From Nanobdellota archaeon (lineage in GTDB: Archaea > Nanobdellota > Nanobdellia > Pacearchaeales > GW2011-AR1): a stretch of DNA of 58,423 bases. The notes beneath the pieces were generated by a model. The model was given only the letters and a program-made list of their open reading frames with translations. It searched no databases and was not told where the DNA came from. Shown here one piece after another: positions 38,188 through 47,297 of the stretch. The stretch covers positions 1-58,423 of the forward strand of contig JAHIVP010000023.1 in assembly GCA_018816335.1 (NCBI GenBank), in the 5' to 3' direction. The translations under genes and the position numbers were made by a program. The first letter of the stretch is position 1. The number at the start of each line of letters is the position of its first letter.

Positions 38188-38466
38188 ATGAATAAAACTT
38201 TTCAAGAAATAAGTAAGGAGTATGATTTTAAGATTGATAAGCTAGTTGGGGAGATAAAAAAGAAAAATGCTAAGAGAGTTGTGTTGCAGTTTCCTGATGG
38301 GTTGAAACCTTATGCTATTGTTATTTCTGAGGAGATTGAGAAGAAAGTTAAAAATGTTGAGTTGTTTATTTGGATGGATTCTTGTTTTGGTGGTTGTGAT
38401 GTTCCTTCTGAAATTGATGATGTTGATTTAGTTGTTCAGTTTGGTCATAGTGAGTGGAAGTATTAG
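38188..38466 (+). CDS. dph2: Diphthamide synthesis Dph2, N-terminal domain only
   Basis: VVLQFPDGLK..SCFGGCD..LVVQFGHS. Confidence 0.85.
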   Translation: MNKTFQEISKEYDFKIDKLVGEIKKKNAKRVVLQFPDGLKPYAIVISEEIEKKVKNVELFIWMDSCFGGCDVPSEIDDVDLVVQFGHSEWKY

Positions 38467-38638
38467 ATACTAAGGATTATGTTATTTTCTAATATACACA
38501 TAATATCACAATAATCCTTAAATGCAAGACAACTACGTTTTCTTGCGCACTTTCCTTTTAGATACTAAGGATTATATAGTTTCATTATAGATGTTAATTC
38601 ACATAAATCCTTAAATATTTCTTTTTGAGAATTAATCT

Positions 38639-39397
38639 ATGGGATTGTTTGGGTTATTTGGAAAAAGAGGAAAGACTTTGTATTTTGCTGGGTGTACATC
38701 TAGAAGATTTTTGAGGGATAGTGATGATGAATATAAGCAGATTTTGAATAAGTTAGAGATTGGATATATTGAATTAGATAAGGAGATTTGTTGTGGTTTG
38801 GGTTTGATTGATGCTGGTTTTGAGAAAGATGCTAGGAAATTAGCTAGAAAGAATTATGATTTGTTTAAAGAGCTTAATGTTAATAAAATAATTACTTCTT
38901 GCCCTGGTTGTTTTAAAATGTTTAGTGAGTATAAGGATTTTGTTTTAGATTGGGGTATTGAAGTTGAGCATGTTATTGTTTCTATTGCTGAGAATTTAGA
39001 TGCTGATGATATTATTTATTCAAATAGTTCTAATGTTACTTATCATGATCCGTGTTATCTTTCTAGGTTTGGAAATGTTGTTGATGCTCCAAGAAAAATA
39101 TTAAGAATGATTGGGTATAATGTTGTTGAGATGTGGCATAATAAAGAAGATACATTGTGTTGTGGGGCTGGAGGTGGTATGATATTTAACAATAAAATAT
39201 TAGCTAATAGAATTGCTAAAAAAAGAATTCAGGAAGCTGAAGATGTTAGTGTTAATAAAATTGTAACTTCTTGTCCTATGTGTGTTCATCACTTATCTGA
39301 GAATTCTTCTGAGATAGTTATTGAAAGTATGTCAAATGTTATTTCTAGTGCTTTAGGAATTAAATTAGAGGTATCAAAAGATGAAGGAGAAGATTGA
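38639..39397 (+). CDS. Fe-S oxidoreductase, CCG domains (GlcF/HdrD-like)
   Basis: FAGC, CCG, SCPGC, YHDPCYL, CCGAGG, SCPMC. Confidence 0.92.
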   Translation: MGLFGLFGKRGKTLYFAGCTSRRFLRDSDDEYKQILNKLEIGYIELDKEICCGLGLIDAGFEKDARKLARKNYDLFKELNVNKIITSCPGCFKMFSEYKDFVLDWGIEVEHVIVSIAENLDADDIIYSNSSNVTYHDPCYLSRFGNVVDAPRKILRMIGYNVVEMWHNKEDTLCCGAGGGMIFNNKILANRIAKKRIQEAEDVSVNKIVTSCPMCVHHLSENSSEIVIESMSNVISSALGIKLEVSKDEGED

Positions 39398-40532
39398 CAT
39401 TTCTATAGTTCCTGTGAAAATTGATGCTTCTGGAGAAAAAGGAAGTAATGCTAATGTTTTATTTCCTGCAAGTGTTTTAGAAGTTCAGCAATTAGTTAAA
39501 GCTGGGAATAGTATTTATATTCGTGGTGGAGGGACTGGATTTAGAGGGGGGTGTGTTGCTCATAAAAATTCTATTGTTATTGATATGAAAAAGTTTGATA
39601 GTTTATATGATGTAGATTTAGGAAAGAGTATTGCTTATGTTGGAGTTGGGATTACTTTAGATGAATTAAATAGAAAAGTTTCTAAATATGGATTAGAGTT
39701 TCCTGTAGATTTAGCTTCAAAAAAAGTAGCAACTATTGGTGGTATGATTGCTATGAATGCTTCTGATTCTAGAGAGATGAAATATGGAAAAACAGGAGAT
39801 TGGATTCAAGAATTAGAAGCTGTTAAAGGAAATGGGGATTTGGTTAAAGTTGGGATAACTGATATGAGTGATTTTTCAGGAGTTGAAGGTATTTCAGGAA
39901 TTATTGTTAATGCAAAAGTTAGATTAGTTGAAAAGAAAAAGAGAACTGCTTCTTTTTTTAAAGTTGATAATTTTCATCGTGTTATTGAAATTGCTAAGAA
40001 ATTGAAATTAAATAAAAATGTTTCAATGATTGAATTTTATGATAAGAAGGTTTCTAAGTTTTTAGATTTAGAAGAAGGTTATTATATTTTGGTTGAATAT
40101 GAAAGTGATGAAGGAAGATTGAAAGGTGAAGATTATATTAAAATTTTGAAATTGAAAAAGAGTGTTTATTTTAAATTGATGAGTAATAATTTTAATTATA
40201 TTGAGGATTTTAAGTTGTATTTAGAGAAACTTGATAGTGTTGTTGATTATCTTGAAGAATTGAAAATACCTTTTACAATTTCTTTGGGTAATGGTGTTGT
40301 TCATCCTTTTTTGAATAAAGTTCAGAAGAAATTATTGAGCTCTATTTATAGATTAGTTAGGCATAATCAGGGGAAGTTGTATGGGAAGTTTGGAGTTGGT
40401 GTTATGAAGAGAGAGCATGTTGATAGTATTGATAAAAAAGTTATGTTTAGTATGAAAAAAAGATATGATTCTGAGTTTAAATTTAATCCTGATGTTTTTG
40501 TAAATATTAAGGAGGCTGCTGAGTTAAAGTGA
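39381..40532 (+). CDS. FAD-binding oxidoreductase (GlcD/D-lactate dehydrogenase-like)
   Basis: RGGGTG, ATIGGMIAMNA, GVEG..GII, GNGVVH, FNP. Confidence 0.88.
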   Translation: MKEKIDISIVPVKIDASGEKGSNANVLFPASVLEVQQLVKAGNSIYIRGGGTGFRGGCVAHKNSIVIDMKKFDSLYDVDLGKSIAYVGVGITLDELNRKVSKYGLEFPVDLASKKVATIGGMIAMNASDSREMKYGKTGDWIQELEAVKGNGDLVKVGITDMSDFSGVEGISGIIVNAKVRLVEKKKRTASFFKVDNFHRVIEIAKKLKLNKNVSMIEFYDKKVSKFLDLEEGYYILVEYESDEGRLKGEDYIKILKLKKSVYFKLMSNNFNYIEDFKLYLEKLDSVVDYLEELKIPFTISLGNGVVHPFLNKVQKKLLSSIYRLVRHNQGKLYGKFGVGVMKREHVDSIDKKVMFSMKKRYDSEFKFNPDVFVNIKEAAELK

Positions 40533-40561
40533 TGCTGAGATGCATTTAAAGGAATTTGAAA

Positions 40562-40915
40562 ATGAATAGTATTGAAGGAGAAAACGCAAAAGAAGAAATA
40601 GAAGAGATTTTGTCTAAATGTATTTATTGTGGTTTGTGTAATAGTAATTGTGGTGTTTTTAGAATTTTAAAAGAAGAAAAGGTAAGTCCTCGAGGACAGA
40701 TTTTGATTTTGCAAGATGAGATTATTGATAAGATTATTTATGCTTGTAATCTTTGTTTGGCTTGTGAGGAAAAGTGTCCTGTTAATGTTAAGGTTTGTGA
40801 TGCTATTAAGAAAGCTAGGTTTGCTATGGTTGAGAGTGGGAAGGTTTCAAAGGGGAATAAGGAGATTTTGGATAATGTTAGGAAATTTGGGAATGTGCAT
40901 GGGAAAATTTCCTGA
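40562..40915 (+). CDS. 4Fe-4S dicluster protein
   Basis: CIYCGLCNSNC, SPRG, CNLCLACEEKCP. Confidence 0.9.
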   Translation: MNSIEGENAKEEIEEILSKCIYCGLCNSNCGVFRILKEEKVSPRGQILILQDEIIDKIIYACNLCLACEEKCPVNVKVCDAIKKARFAMVESGKVSKGNKEILDNVRKFGNVHGKIS

Positions 40916-40916
40916 G

Positions 40917-41028
40917 CACTAAAAACTCTTAGGACTGCGCTTCTAAAAAATTCTAAGGAATTTTTGGAAACTTCAACTCTAAAGAGATTGAAGTCTACGC
41001 GCAGAGTTAATTGAGCGAGTTTTTTGTG
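40917..41028. mobile_element. MITE-like multi-stem element family B (second copy 42799-42905)
   Basis: 57-bp core 55/57 identical between copies; different but self-complementary outer IRs. Confidence 0.7.
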
Positions 41029-41067
41029 TGAGAAAATATGGGAATGTTTGGGGGAAGGGAGAATGAG

Positions 41068-41290
41068 AGCAATCAGCTCGGGGCTCGCTGATTGCTTTTT
41101 TGGAGATTTATTAATTGGTAAATTTTAATGATAAGTGATGGTTGAAATATATTAATATAGAATTTATTAATAAGAAAATTTTATGATAATTTTTATGGAA
41201 AATATAATGGCTACAAACTGGACTTTGTCACAGTTTTTCGCTTAAAGAGTTTATTATCTGGAAAAATTTTAAAGATAGAAGATTAGTTGG
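41068..41290 (-). repeat. Two family A repeats (41068 GA/GA subtype; 41215 bulged-T subtype) plus a tail-only copy
   Basis: AGCAATCAGC-TCGGGGCTC-GCTGATTGCT; AAACTG-GAC-TTT-GTC-A-CAGTTT; each followed by a TTATTA...GATA tail. Confidence 0.8.
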
Positions 41291-41354
41291 GATAGATGAT
41301 TAAAGAATTAATTATTTGAAATAGGTGGTTATAGAATTATTTAGAAATAATAAA

Positions 41355-41672
41355 TCAAAATTCCTCAACATCTACTTTTTCATCTGTAGGTTTTTCAGTT
41401 GGTGTTTGTTCTGCTGGTGTTTCAGGTTTATTAGCAGAAGAAGATGGTTCTGATTTTTTTAGGTCTCCTAGATCAATAGAATTAATTAATTCTCTGAACT
41501 CTACAAACTTCTCAGCTGGAATACGAGTTCCTGATTTTGTGAATCCTGTATAACGTTCAGATGTTGTGAATTCTCTGATTGTTACTCCTGGATATCCTGC
41601 ATATTCATCTACTCTGACTATTATATCTGTGTCTTCTTTTTTTTGTATTTTTCCTATGTCTTTTTCTACCAT
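41355..41672 (-). CDS. PC4/YdbC-like ssDNA-binding protein
   Basis: IIVRVDEYAG..VTIREF...GFTKSG.RI. Confidence 0.7.
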   Translation of the reverse strand: MVEKDIGKIQKKEDTDIIVRVDEYAGYPGVTIREFTTSERYTGFTKSGTRIPAEKFVEFRELINSIDLGDLKKSEPSSSANKPETPAEQTPTEKPTDEKVDVEEF

Positions 41673-41718
41673 TCTATTAAATTATTATATTATATGGAGT
41701 TTATATAATTTGTTGTGG

Positions 41719-42537
41719 TTAAATCATCATCAAAACACCAGCTAGCAAAACCAATATAGCAAAGATTAAAACAAAATATCCAAAGTTGATTTTTCTTGAG
41801 AGTTTCATTAGTATGTGGATTGTTAGGATTCCAAAGATAAATGAGAAAGCTAGACCTACTAGGGAGAATGAGGTTAGTGTGACGTCTTCAATTGCTAGGA
41901 CAATGTTTCCTAGGAAAACTATTGGTAAAGACATTAGGAATGATAGTTTTAGTGCTGTTGTGTCGTTGAATTTTTTTAAAAGAAGTGTTGAGATTGTTGT
42001 TCCTGAACGAGAGACTCCTGGAAGAACTGCTAGACTTTGCATAATTCCTAAAAGAATTGAGTCAGATTTTTTTATGTCTTTTGATTTTCTTAGAGTTGAA
42101 TCTTGTTTTGATGCTTGAATTTGTATTATTGCTGTGAATAAAAGAAGGATTCCAATTGCAAATGTGATTATTATTCCTGAGATTTCAAAATATTGTTCTA
42201 GTGATTTTAAACCTATTAATATTATTAAACCTAGAACTGAAGTTATGATTGTTGTGATTATTAAGAATTTTAAAACTGATTTTGTTTCGCTTTCTGATTT
42301 TTTATATTGAAAAATAGTTTTTGTTAGTTTCCATACTTGTTTTCTAAAGTAGATTAAAGCTGCAAAAAATGTTCCGAGATGTAGGAAGAGAGCTTGTCTT
42401 ATTACTATGTCCAGATTGGTGTTGTTGAATATGTTTGCGTTTACTAGAAATAGTATTCCTTCTGAGCTTATTGGGAGCCATTCAAATATTCCTTGGAGTG
42501 TTCCTAGGATTATGTATTGAATTAGTTCTGTTACCAT
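41719..42537 (-). CDS. uppP: Undecaprenyl-diphosphate phosphatase (BacA)
   Basis: QGIFEWLPISSEG, PGVSRSGTT, SFLMSLP. Confidence 0.93.
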   Translation of the reverse strand: MVTELIQYIILGTLQGIFEWLPISSEGILFLVNANIFNNTNLDIVIRQALFLHLGTFFAALIYFRKQVWKLTKTIFQYKKSESETKSVLKFLIITTIITSVLGLIILIGLKSLEQYFEISGIIITFAIGILLLFTAIIQIQASKQDSTLRKSKDIKKSDSILLGIMQSLAVLPGVSRSGTTISTLLLKKFNDTTALKLSFLMSLPIVFLGNIVLAIEDVTLTSFSLVGLAFSFIFGILTIHILMKLSRKINFGYFVLIFAILVLLAGVLMMI

Positions 42538-42591
42538 ATTTTAGATTAGAATTAGTAGGTTTTAAGTTTTGTGAAATATGGATGGGATGCT

Positions 42592-42935
42592 AGAGATTGC
42601 CTCCATGGTCGGCAATCTCTTTTTGAGGAATTTATTAATTGGAAAAATTTTAAAGATAGGTTGTGAGTTTATATAAAAAAGAGATGGGTTGAATATAGAA
42701 ATGTAGTTTCCCCTCCACCCCTTTGACTCAATAACCTCGTAGCTCGGTTATCTTGTTTTAGGAATTTATTAACCCTAAAAATCTTCAGGATTTTTGGGCC
42801 ACAAAATCCAAGACTACACTTCTAAAAAATTCTAAGGAATTTTTGGAACCTTCAACTCTGAAGAGATTGAAGTCTTTGTGCAGAATTAGTTGAGGATTTT
42901 GTTGGTGTGAAGAAATTTTAATGATAGGTGATTAG
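42592..42935 (-). repeat. Two family A repeats (42592, 42730); the second is interrupted by a hairpin and a family B element
   Basis: AGAGATTGCC-TCCATGGTC-GGCAATCTCT; ATAACC-TCGTAGCTC-GGTTAT; tail split after TTATTAA and resumed at about 42906. Confidence 0.75.
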
Positions 42936-42959
42936 TAGGGAGGTATAAATATAGTTGTA

Positions 42960-43520
42960 TTAAATTATCTCAGCAGAAATTATTTTAACTTCTTCAAGAG
43001 GACGGTCGTTTTGGTCTGTTTGCACTTTAGCTATTTTATCTACTATAATCATTCCTTCTTCTGAGATTTCTCCGAAAGCTGGGTGTTTTGTGTCAAGGAA
43101 GTTGTTGTCTACTAGGTTTATGAAGAATTGTGAGCCTCCTGTGTTTGGGCCTGAGTTTGCCATTGAAATTGTGGCTCTATTGTTTTTGTTTCCTCCAGCA
43201 TGTGTGAATTCATCTTTGATATTATATCCAGGGCCTCCTGTGCCTGTTCCTTGAGGGTCTCCTCCTTGTATCATAAATCCATCTATAATTCTGTGAAAGA
43301 TAACTCCGTTGTAAGTTCCCTCTGAAACTAGTTTTTCAAAGTTTCCTGTTGTGATTGGCATGTCAGAATATAATTCTAGGGTTATATCTCCGTGATTTGT
43401 TTTTAATAAAACTTTTTTTGTTTCTGTGTTTGAATTGTTTGTCATTGTTAAGATTGCTCCTATTGCTATGATTAAAATTATAATTGCTGTTATAAAGATT
43501 GTGGTTTTATTTATTTTCAT
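42960..43520 (-). CDS. Cyclophilin-type peptidyl-prolyl isomerase with N-terminal anchor
   Basis: FHRIIDGFMIQGGDP, SMANSGPNTGGSQFFI. Confidence 0.97.
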   Translation of the reverse strand: MKINKTTIFITAIIILIIAIGAILTMTNNSNTETKKVLLKTNHGDITLELYSDMPITTGNFEKLVSEGTYNGVIFHRIIDGFMIQGGDPQGTGTGGPGYNIKDEFTHAGGNKNNRATISMANSGPNTGGSQFFINLVDNNFLDTKHPAFGEISEEGMIIVDKIAKVQTDQNDRPLEEVKIISAEII

Positions 43521-43688
43521 TTTTGTTTATGATTCTTCCCCTCCTTGACAATTTGATTGAAGTTATATTAAAATTTGTTCAATCAAATTGTTTTTATTAT
43601 CTCCTATATTTTGAAAGATGATGGTTAGATTAGGGGTTAAGGTTATTTGTTTATATTTGATTTTCATTTTTGTTTATATGTTTTTACA

Positions 43689-44042
43689 TTAACATCCTGT
43701 GAGTTGTTTTAATTGAGCTATTGATTTTATTCCTGGGTAGAGTTGGTTGTTTATTTCCCATGTTGGTGTTTTTCTAATTTTTTTGTTTATACAATCTTGG
43801 TTTGCTGTTGTGCAGTCAATAATTGTTAGTTTGTCTAAGTGGGCTAATATTATATTTTTTTGCATTGAACATTCTTCACATTCTCTTGAAGTATAGAGTT
43901 TTGCTTTTGAATATATACAACTGAGATAATTTTCTTGTGAGTTATCTTCTGAATCTTTTTCATCTAGTGAGAGGTTTATTAAAAAAATCAAAATGACTAA
44001 TATAATTGCTGTTATTATTAAAATTAAATTTGATTTCTTCAT
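43689..44042 (-). CDS. Membrane-anchored thioredoxin-fold protein
   Basis: LYTSRECEECSMQK..IDC..TPTW..GIKS..LTGC. Confidence 0.75.
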   Translation of the reverse strand: MKKSNLILIITAIILVILIFLINLSLDEKDSEDNSQENYLSCIYSKAKLYTSRECEECSMQKNIILAHLDKLTIIDCTTANQDCINKKIRKTPTWEINNQLYPGIKSIAQLKQLTGC

Positions 44043-44073
44043 GAGATTAAAGACTAAGTAAGTTTAAAAATAT

Positions 44074-44880
44074 TTATAATTCTCCTCGTTGGAGTTTGTC
44101 TAGTTCTGCTTTTTCATTAGCTATTCTTTGTTCGATTTGTTTAATTCTGTCTTCGTTTTTTAATTTGTTAATTTGAGCTTGAGCTTCTTTAATTCTTTTT
44201 TCTGCTTCAATTATTTCTTGTCTTGTTGATATTTCTGATTGTGATAGTTGAGGACTTTTGCCTAGTTTTCTTATGTTTATTTGATTTGGTGATTGAGAAG
44301 TTCTAACTTTTTTTATTACAAAGAATATTACAACAAGACCTACTACTAATCCTATAATTGTGAAGTATACAGTGCTGTTTGAAAAAAAGTCACCAACTTT
44401 TGATACTGCATTTCCTGTAATTCCTGCTGAAGTATCTTCTGTTGTTTCTTCAACTGTTTCTTCTGGAGATTCTATTGGTTCTTCTGGTTCTTCAACTGTT
44501 TCTTCTGGTTCAACTGGAGCTAGAGCAGGGTCTCCTCCTTCTGAAATTGTTGCTTCAAATCCTGGGACCATTTCAATATAATATTGTTTTCCTGTTACAT
44601 ATTCCTCAAATCTTTCTTTTAGGACTTCTCTTTTACCTTGTGTAACTTTTACTATTATATCAATAGCTTCTTGTTCTCCGGGATATACTACTGTTACTTT
44701 TCCTGTTGGTCCTGCGTTTTCATGGAAACTTTTAAAGAATTCATATTTTTCTGTAGCTCCTAATATGTTAATTGTGATATCATAATTAACAACTGTTTTA
44801 ACTGTTATTTCTGTATTTGCTGCAGATGCTACATTAACTAATAATAAAAATAATAAAGTTGTTAGCAATATTTTCCTCAT
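44074..44880 (-). CDS. Secreted single-pass membrane protein with coiled-coil tail
   Basis: Signal peptide, acidic linker, ITGNAV motif, TM. Confidence 0.75.
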   Translation of the reverse strand: MRKILLTTLLFLLLVNVASAANTEITVKTVVNYDITINILGATEKYEFFKSFHENAGPTGKVTVVYPGEQEAIDIIVKVTQGKREVLKERFEEYVTGKQYYIEMVPGFEATISEGGDPALAPVEPEETVEEPEEPIESPEETVEETTEDTSAGITGNAVSKVGDFFSNSTVYFTIIGLVVGLVVIFFVIKKVRTSQSPNQINIRKLGKSPQLSQSEISTRQEIIEAEKRIKEAQAQINKLKNEDRIKQIEQRIANEKAELDKLQRGEL

Positions 44881-44980
44881 TTTATGTTTTTCTTAAGATT
44901 TATTTATTTATAAATATTCCTATAGTTGTTTTTTGAGAAGAGGTAGGAAGATTTTATATAAAATCTTTGAGAAATGAAGA

Positions 44981-45286
44981 TTACTTCATTTCGATTTTAA
45001 TTGAAACAGAACGAGGGATTTGCATTTTCATTACAGTGTGAAGGACTCTGTCATTAGAAGGAAGGTCAATAATTCTTTTGTGGATTCTCATTTCAAAGTT
45101 GTCGAATGTTGCTGTTCCGCTACCACAAGGAGATTTTCTAGTTGTGATTTTCATTTTTTTAGTAGGAAGAGGAATAGGTCCTGAAATATTTATACCAGCA
45201 TTAGTTGCTATATCTTTAATAGAATTGGAAATAAAATTAAGAGCAGTTATATCTGCGCTTTTCAACTTTATTCTTACTTTTGACAT
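44981..45286 (-). CDS. rps10: 30S ribosomal protein S10
   Basis: GPIPLPT..TRKSPCGSG..MRIHKR. Confidence 0.97.
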   Translation of the reverse strand: MSKVRIKLKSADITALNFISNSIKDIATNAGINISGPIPLPTKKMKITTRKSPCGSGTATFDNFEMRIHKRIIDLPSNDRVLHTVMKMQIPRSVSIKIEMK

Positions 45287-45435
45287 TTTGATTTTCATAA
45301 CAGTTTGTTATAATGTTACGTCTAATATTTAGTAAAAAATTTGTTACAGAAAATCAATGATTTTCTGTTCCTGAAATTTACTTAAGATTGTGAGTAAATT
45401 TCAGTTTTTAAAGTTTGCTGTTTGAAATTATTGAG

Positions 45436-45527
45436 CCACCACCCCAAGAAATCAGCTCGGGGCTTACTGATTTCTTTTTAGGAATTTATTAGTTGAAGAG
45501 AATTTATGATAAGTTGGAGGTTGAGTA
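45436..45527 (-). repeat. Family A repeat
   Basis: CCACCACCCC, AAGAAATCAG..CTGATTTCTT, TTAGGAATTTATTAGTTG...GATAAG. Confidence 0.78.
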
Positions 45528-45588
45528 TAATATTAATTTAGATTGAGAATAAGATTAAGATTATTGTGATTAAAAATAGATTAGTCAG

Positions 45589-45741
45589 GAGCGTGTCTAA
45601 AAATAAATTAAATTCAACATATTTCTACGGCGCAGTTTCATATCTCACCACCATCCCCCAACCCCCCCTCCCGAATGAAGATAAAATTAATGAAACTGCG
45701 TCAATAAAGTAAAAAGTTATTTTGAATTATTAGACACGCTC
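45589..45741. mobile_element. 153-bp MITE with 12-bp TIRs and 9-bp target-site duplication
   Basis: GAGCGTGTCTAA...TTAGACACGCTC flanked by ATTAGTCAG at 45580-45588 and 45742-45750. Confidence 0.85.
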
Positions 45742-45784
45742 ATTAGTCAGATAATTATATAAATAGTTTTTTATTATATTCTTC

Positions 45785-47113
45785 ATGGAGGTGAATATCT
45801 TATTTGACTTTTTGTTAGCATTAGGTATAGGAGCGATTATTGGGTTGGAGAGGGAGATTCAGCAGCAACATGAGAAAGAGAAGGATTTTGCTGGGATTAG
45901 GACATTTATTTTGATTTCTATTTTGGGTTTTTTGTCTGCGTTTATTTCAATTAGGTTATTTGATTCTATTATTACTTTTATTATTGCATTTGCTGTTTTT
46001 GCTCTTTTTATTTCAACTGCTTATGTTATATTGGCTTTGAAAAAGGGAAAGTTTGGGACTACAACTGAGATTGCTGCTTTTATTGCATTTTTATTATCTG
46101 CTGCTGTTGCTTTTGATATTACTAATAATATGAAGTTGGTTGCTGTTGGAGTTGCTGTGATTGTTGCTTCACTTTTGGTTTTGAAAAGAAAGTTACATAA
46201 GTTTGCTGGTGGGATTAAGATTGTTGAGGTTTATGCTGCGATTAAAATGGCTGTGATTAGTATTATTATTTTACCTCTTCTTCCAAATTATAATTATACT
46301 TTGCTTGAGATTCCTATTGTTGATAAGATTGTTGGTTTGTTTCCGAAGATTATTCCTATTGTTGAGCAGCTTGATGTTTTTAATCCATTTAAGATTTGGT
46401 TGATGGTTGTGTTTATTACTGGTTTGAGTTTTATTGGATATATTTTGATTAAAAGTATTGGAATGAATAAGGGAATTAAGTTGACAAGTATTTTAGGTGC
46501 TTTGGTTTCTTCAACAGCTGTGACTGTTTCTTTGTCTGATAAGAGTAAGGGGAAGAAAGTTTATACTCCGTTTGTAATTGGAATTGTGTTGGCTTCTTCG
46601 ATTATGTTTGTTAGAGTTTTAATTGAGATTATTGTTGTTAATCCTTCTTTGTTTCATTTAGCTTTGATTCCGATTGGAGGGATGGCTATAACTGGTTTGT
46701 TAGTTAGTTTTTTATTTAGCAAGTTTATGAAACAGGAAAAAGATGAGAGAATTGATTTGAAGAGTCCGTTTGCAATTGGGCCTGGGATTAAGTTTGGTTT
46801 GTTTTTTGCTTTTATTTTAGTTATCTCTAAATTGTTGTTTATTTTATTTGGGAACTCTGGAATTTTTATTGCTGCTCTGGTTTCTGGGTTGGCTGATGTT
46901 GATGCTATTACTTTGACATTAGCTAGTTTGGCTGCTGGAGGAACAGTGTCTGCTGTTGTTGCTGTTTTAGGGATTACAATTGCTGTTGCTTCTAATACTG
47001 TTGTTAAGGCTGGGATTGCAATGGTAATGGCTGATAAAAGAGTTGGGAAGTGGGTTGCTATTATATTTGCATTAATATTGGCGGTGGGGTTGGGGGTTTT
47101 GTTGTTTTTGTAA
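45785..47113 (+). CDS. MgtC/SapB + DUF4010 membrane protein
   Basis: GAIIGLERE..AGIRTF, GTTTE, LVSSTA, GLADVDA. Confidence 0.92.
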   Translation: MEVNILFDFLLALGIGAIIGLEREIQQQHEKEKDFAGIRTFILISILGFLSAFISIRLFDSIITFIIAFAVFALFISTAYVILALKKGKFGTTTEIAAFIAFLLSAAVAFDITNNMKLVAVGVAVIVASLLVLKRKLHKFAGGIKIVEVYAAIKMAVISIIILPLLPNYNYTLLEIPIVDKIVGLFPKIIPIVEQLDVFNPFKIWLMVVFITGLSFIGYILIKSIGMNKGIKLTSILGALVSSTAVTVSLSDKSKGKKVYTPFVIGIVLASSIMFVRVLIEIIVVNPSLFHLALIPIGGMAITGLLVSFLFSKFMKQEKDERIDLKSPFAIGPGIKFGLFFAFILVISKLLFILFGNSGIFIAALVSGLADVDAITLTLASLAAGGTVSAVVAVLGITIAVASNTVVKAGIAMVMADKRVGKWVAIIFALILAVGLGVLLFL

Positions 47114-47174
47114 GTTTCTTATTTGTCGTGGTGGTGGGGTTGGGGGTTTTGTTGTTTTTGTAAGAGAAGAACTT

Positions 47175-47250
47175 AAAATCAGGCTTCGCCATGATTTTTC
47201 GTTTAAGAAATTTATTAATTAAAGAAAATTTCATGATAGGGTTGATTGAT
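47175..47250 (-). repeat. Family A repeat, bulged-T subtype (closest match to the kae1 insert)
   Basis: AAAATCA-GGC-TTC-GCC-A-TGATTTT, TTCGTTTAAGAAATTTATTAATT...GATAGG. Confidence 0.82.
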
Positions 47251-47297
47251 TTTGTTCAATTAGATAATAATAAATATTTAGTTGATTAAGATAATTT

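Noticed and set aside
43545-43575. Bacterial sigma70 promoters in family C (TTGACA...TA-rich)
   Set aside because: Spacing is inconsistent among copies, the host is archaeal, and AT-rich loops give such matches by chance
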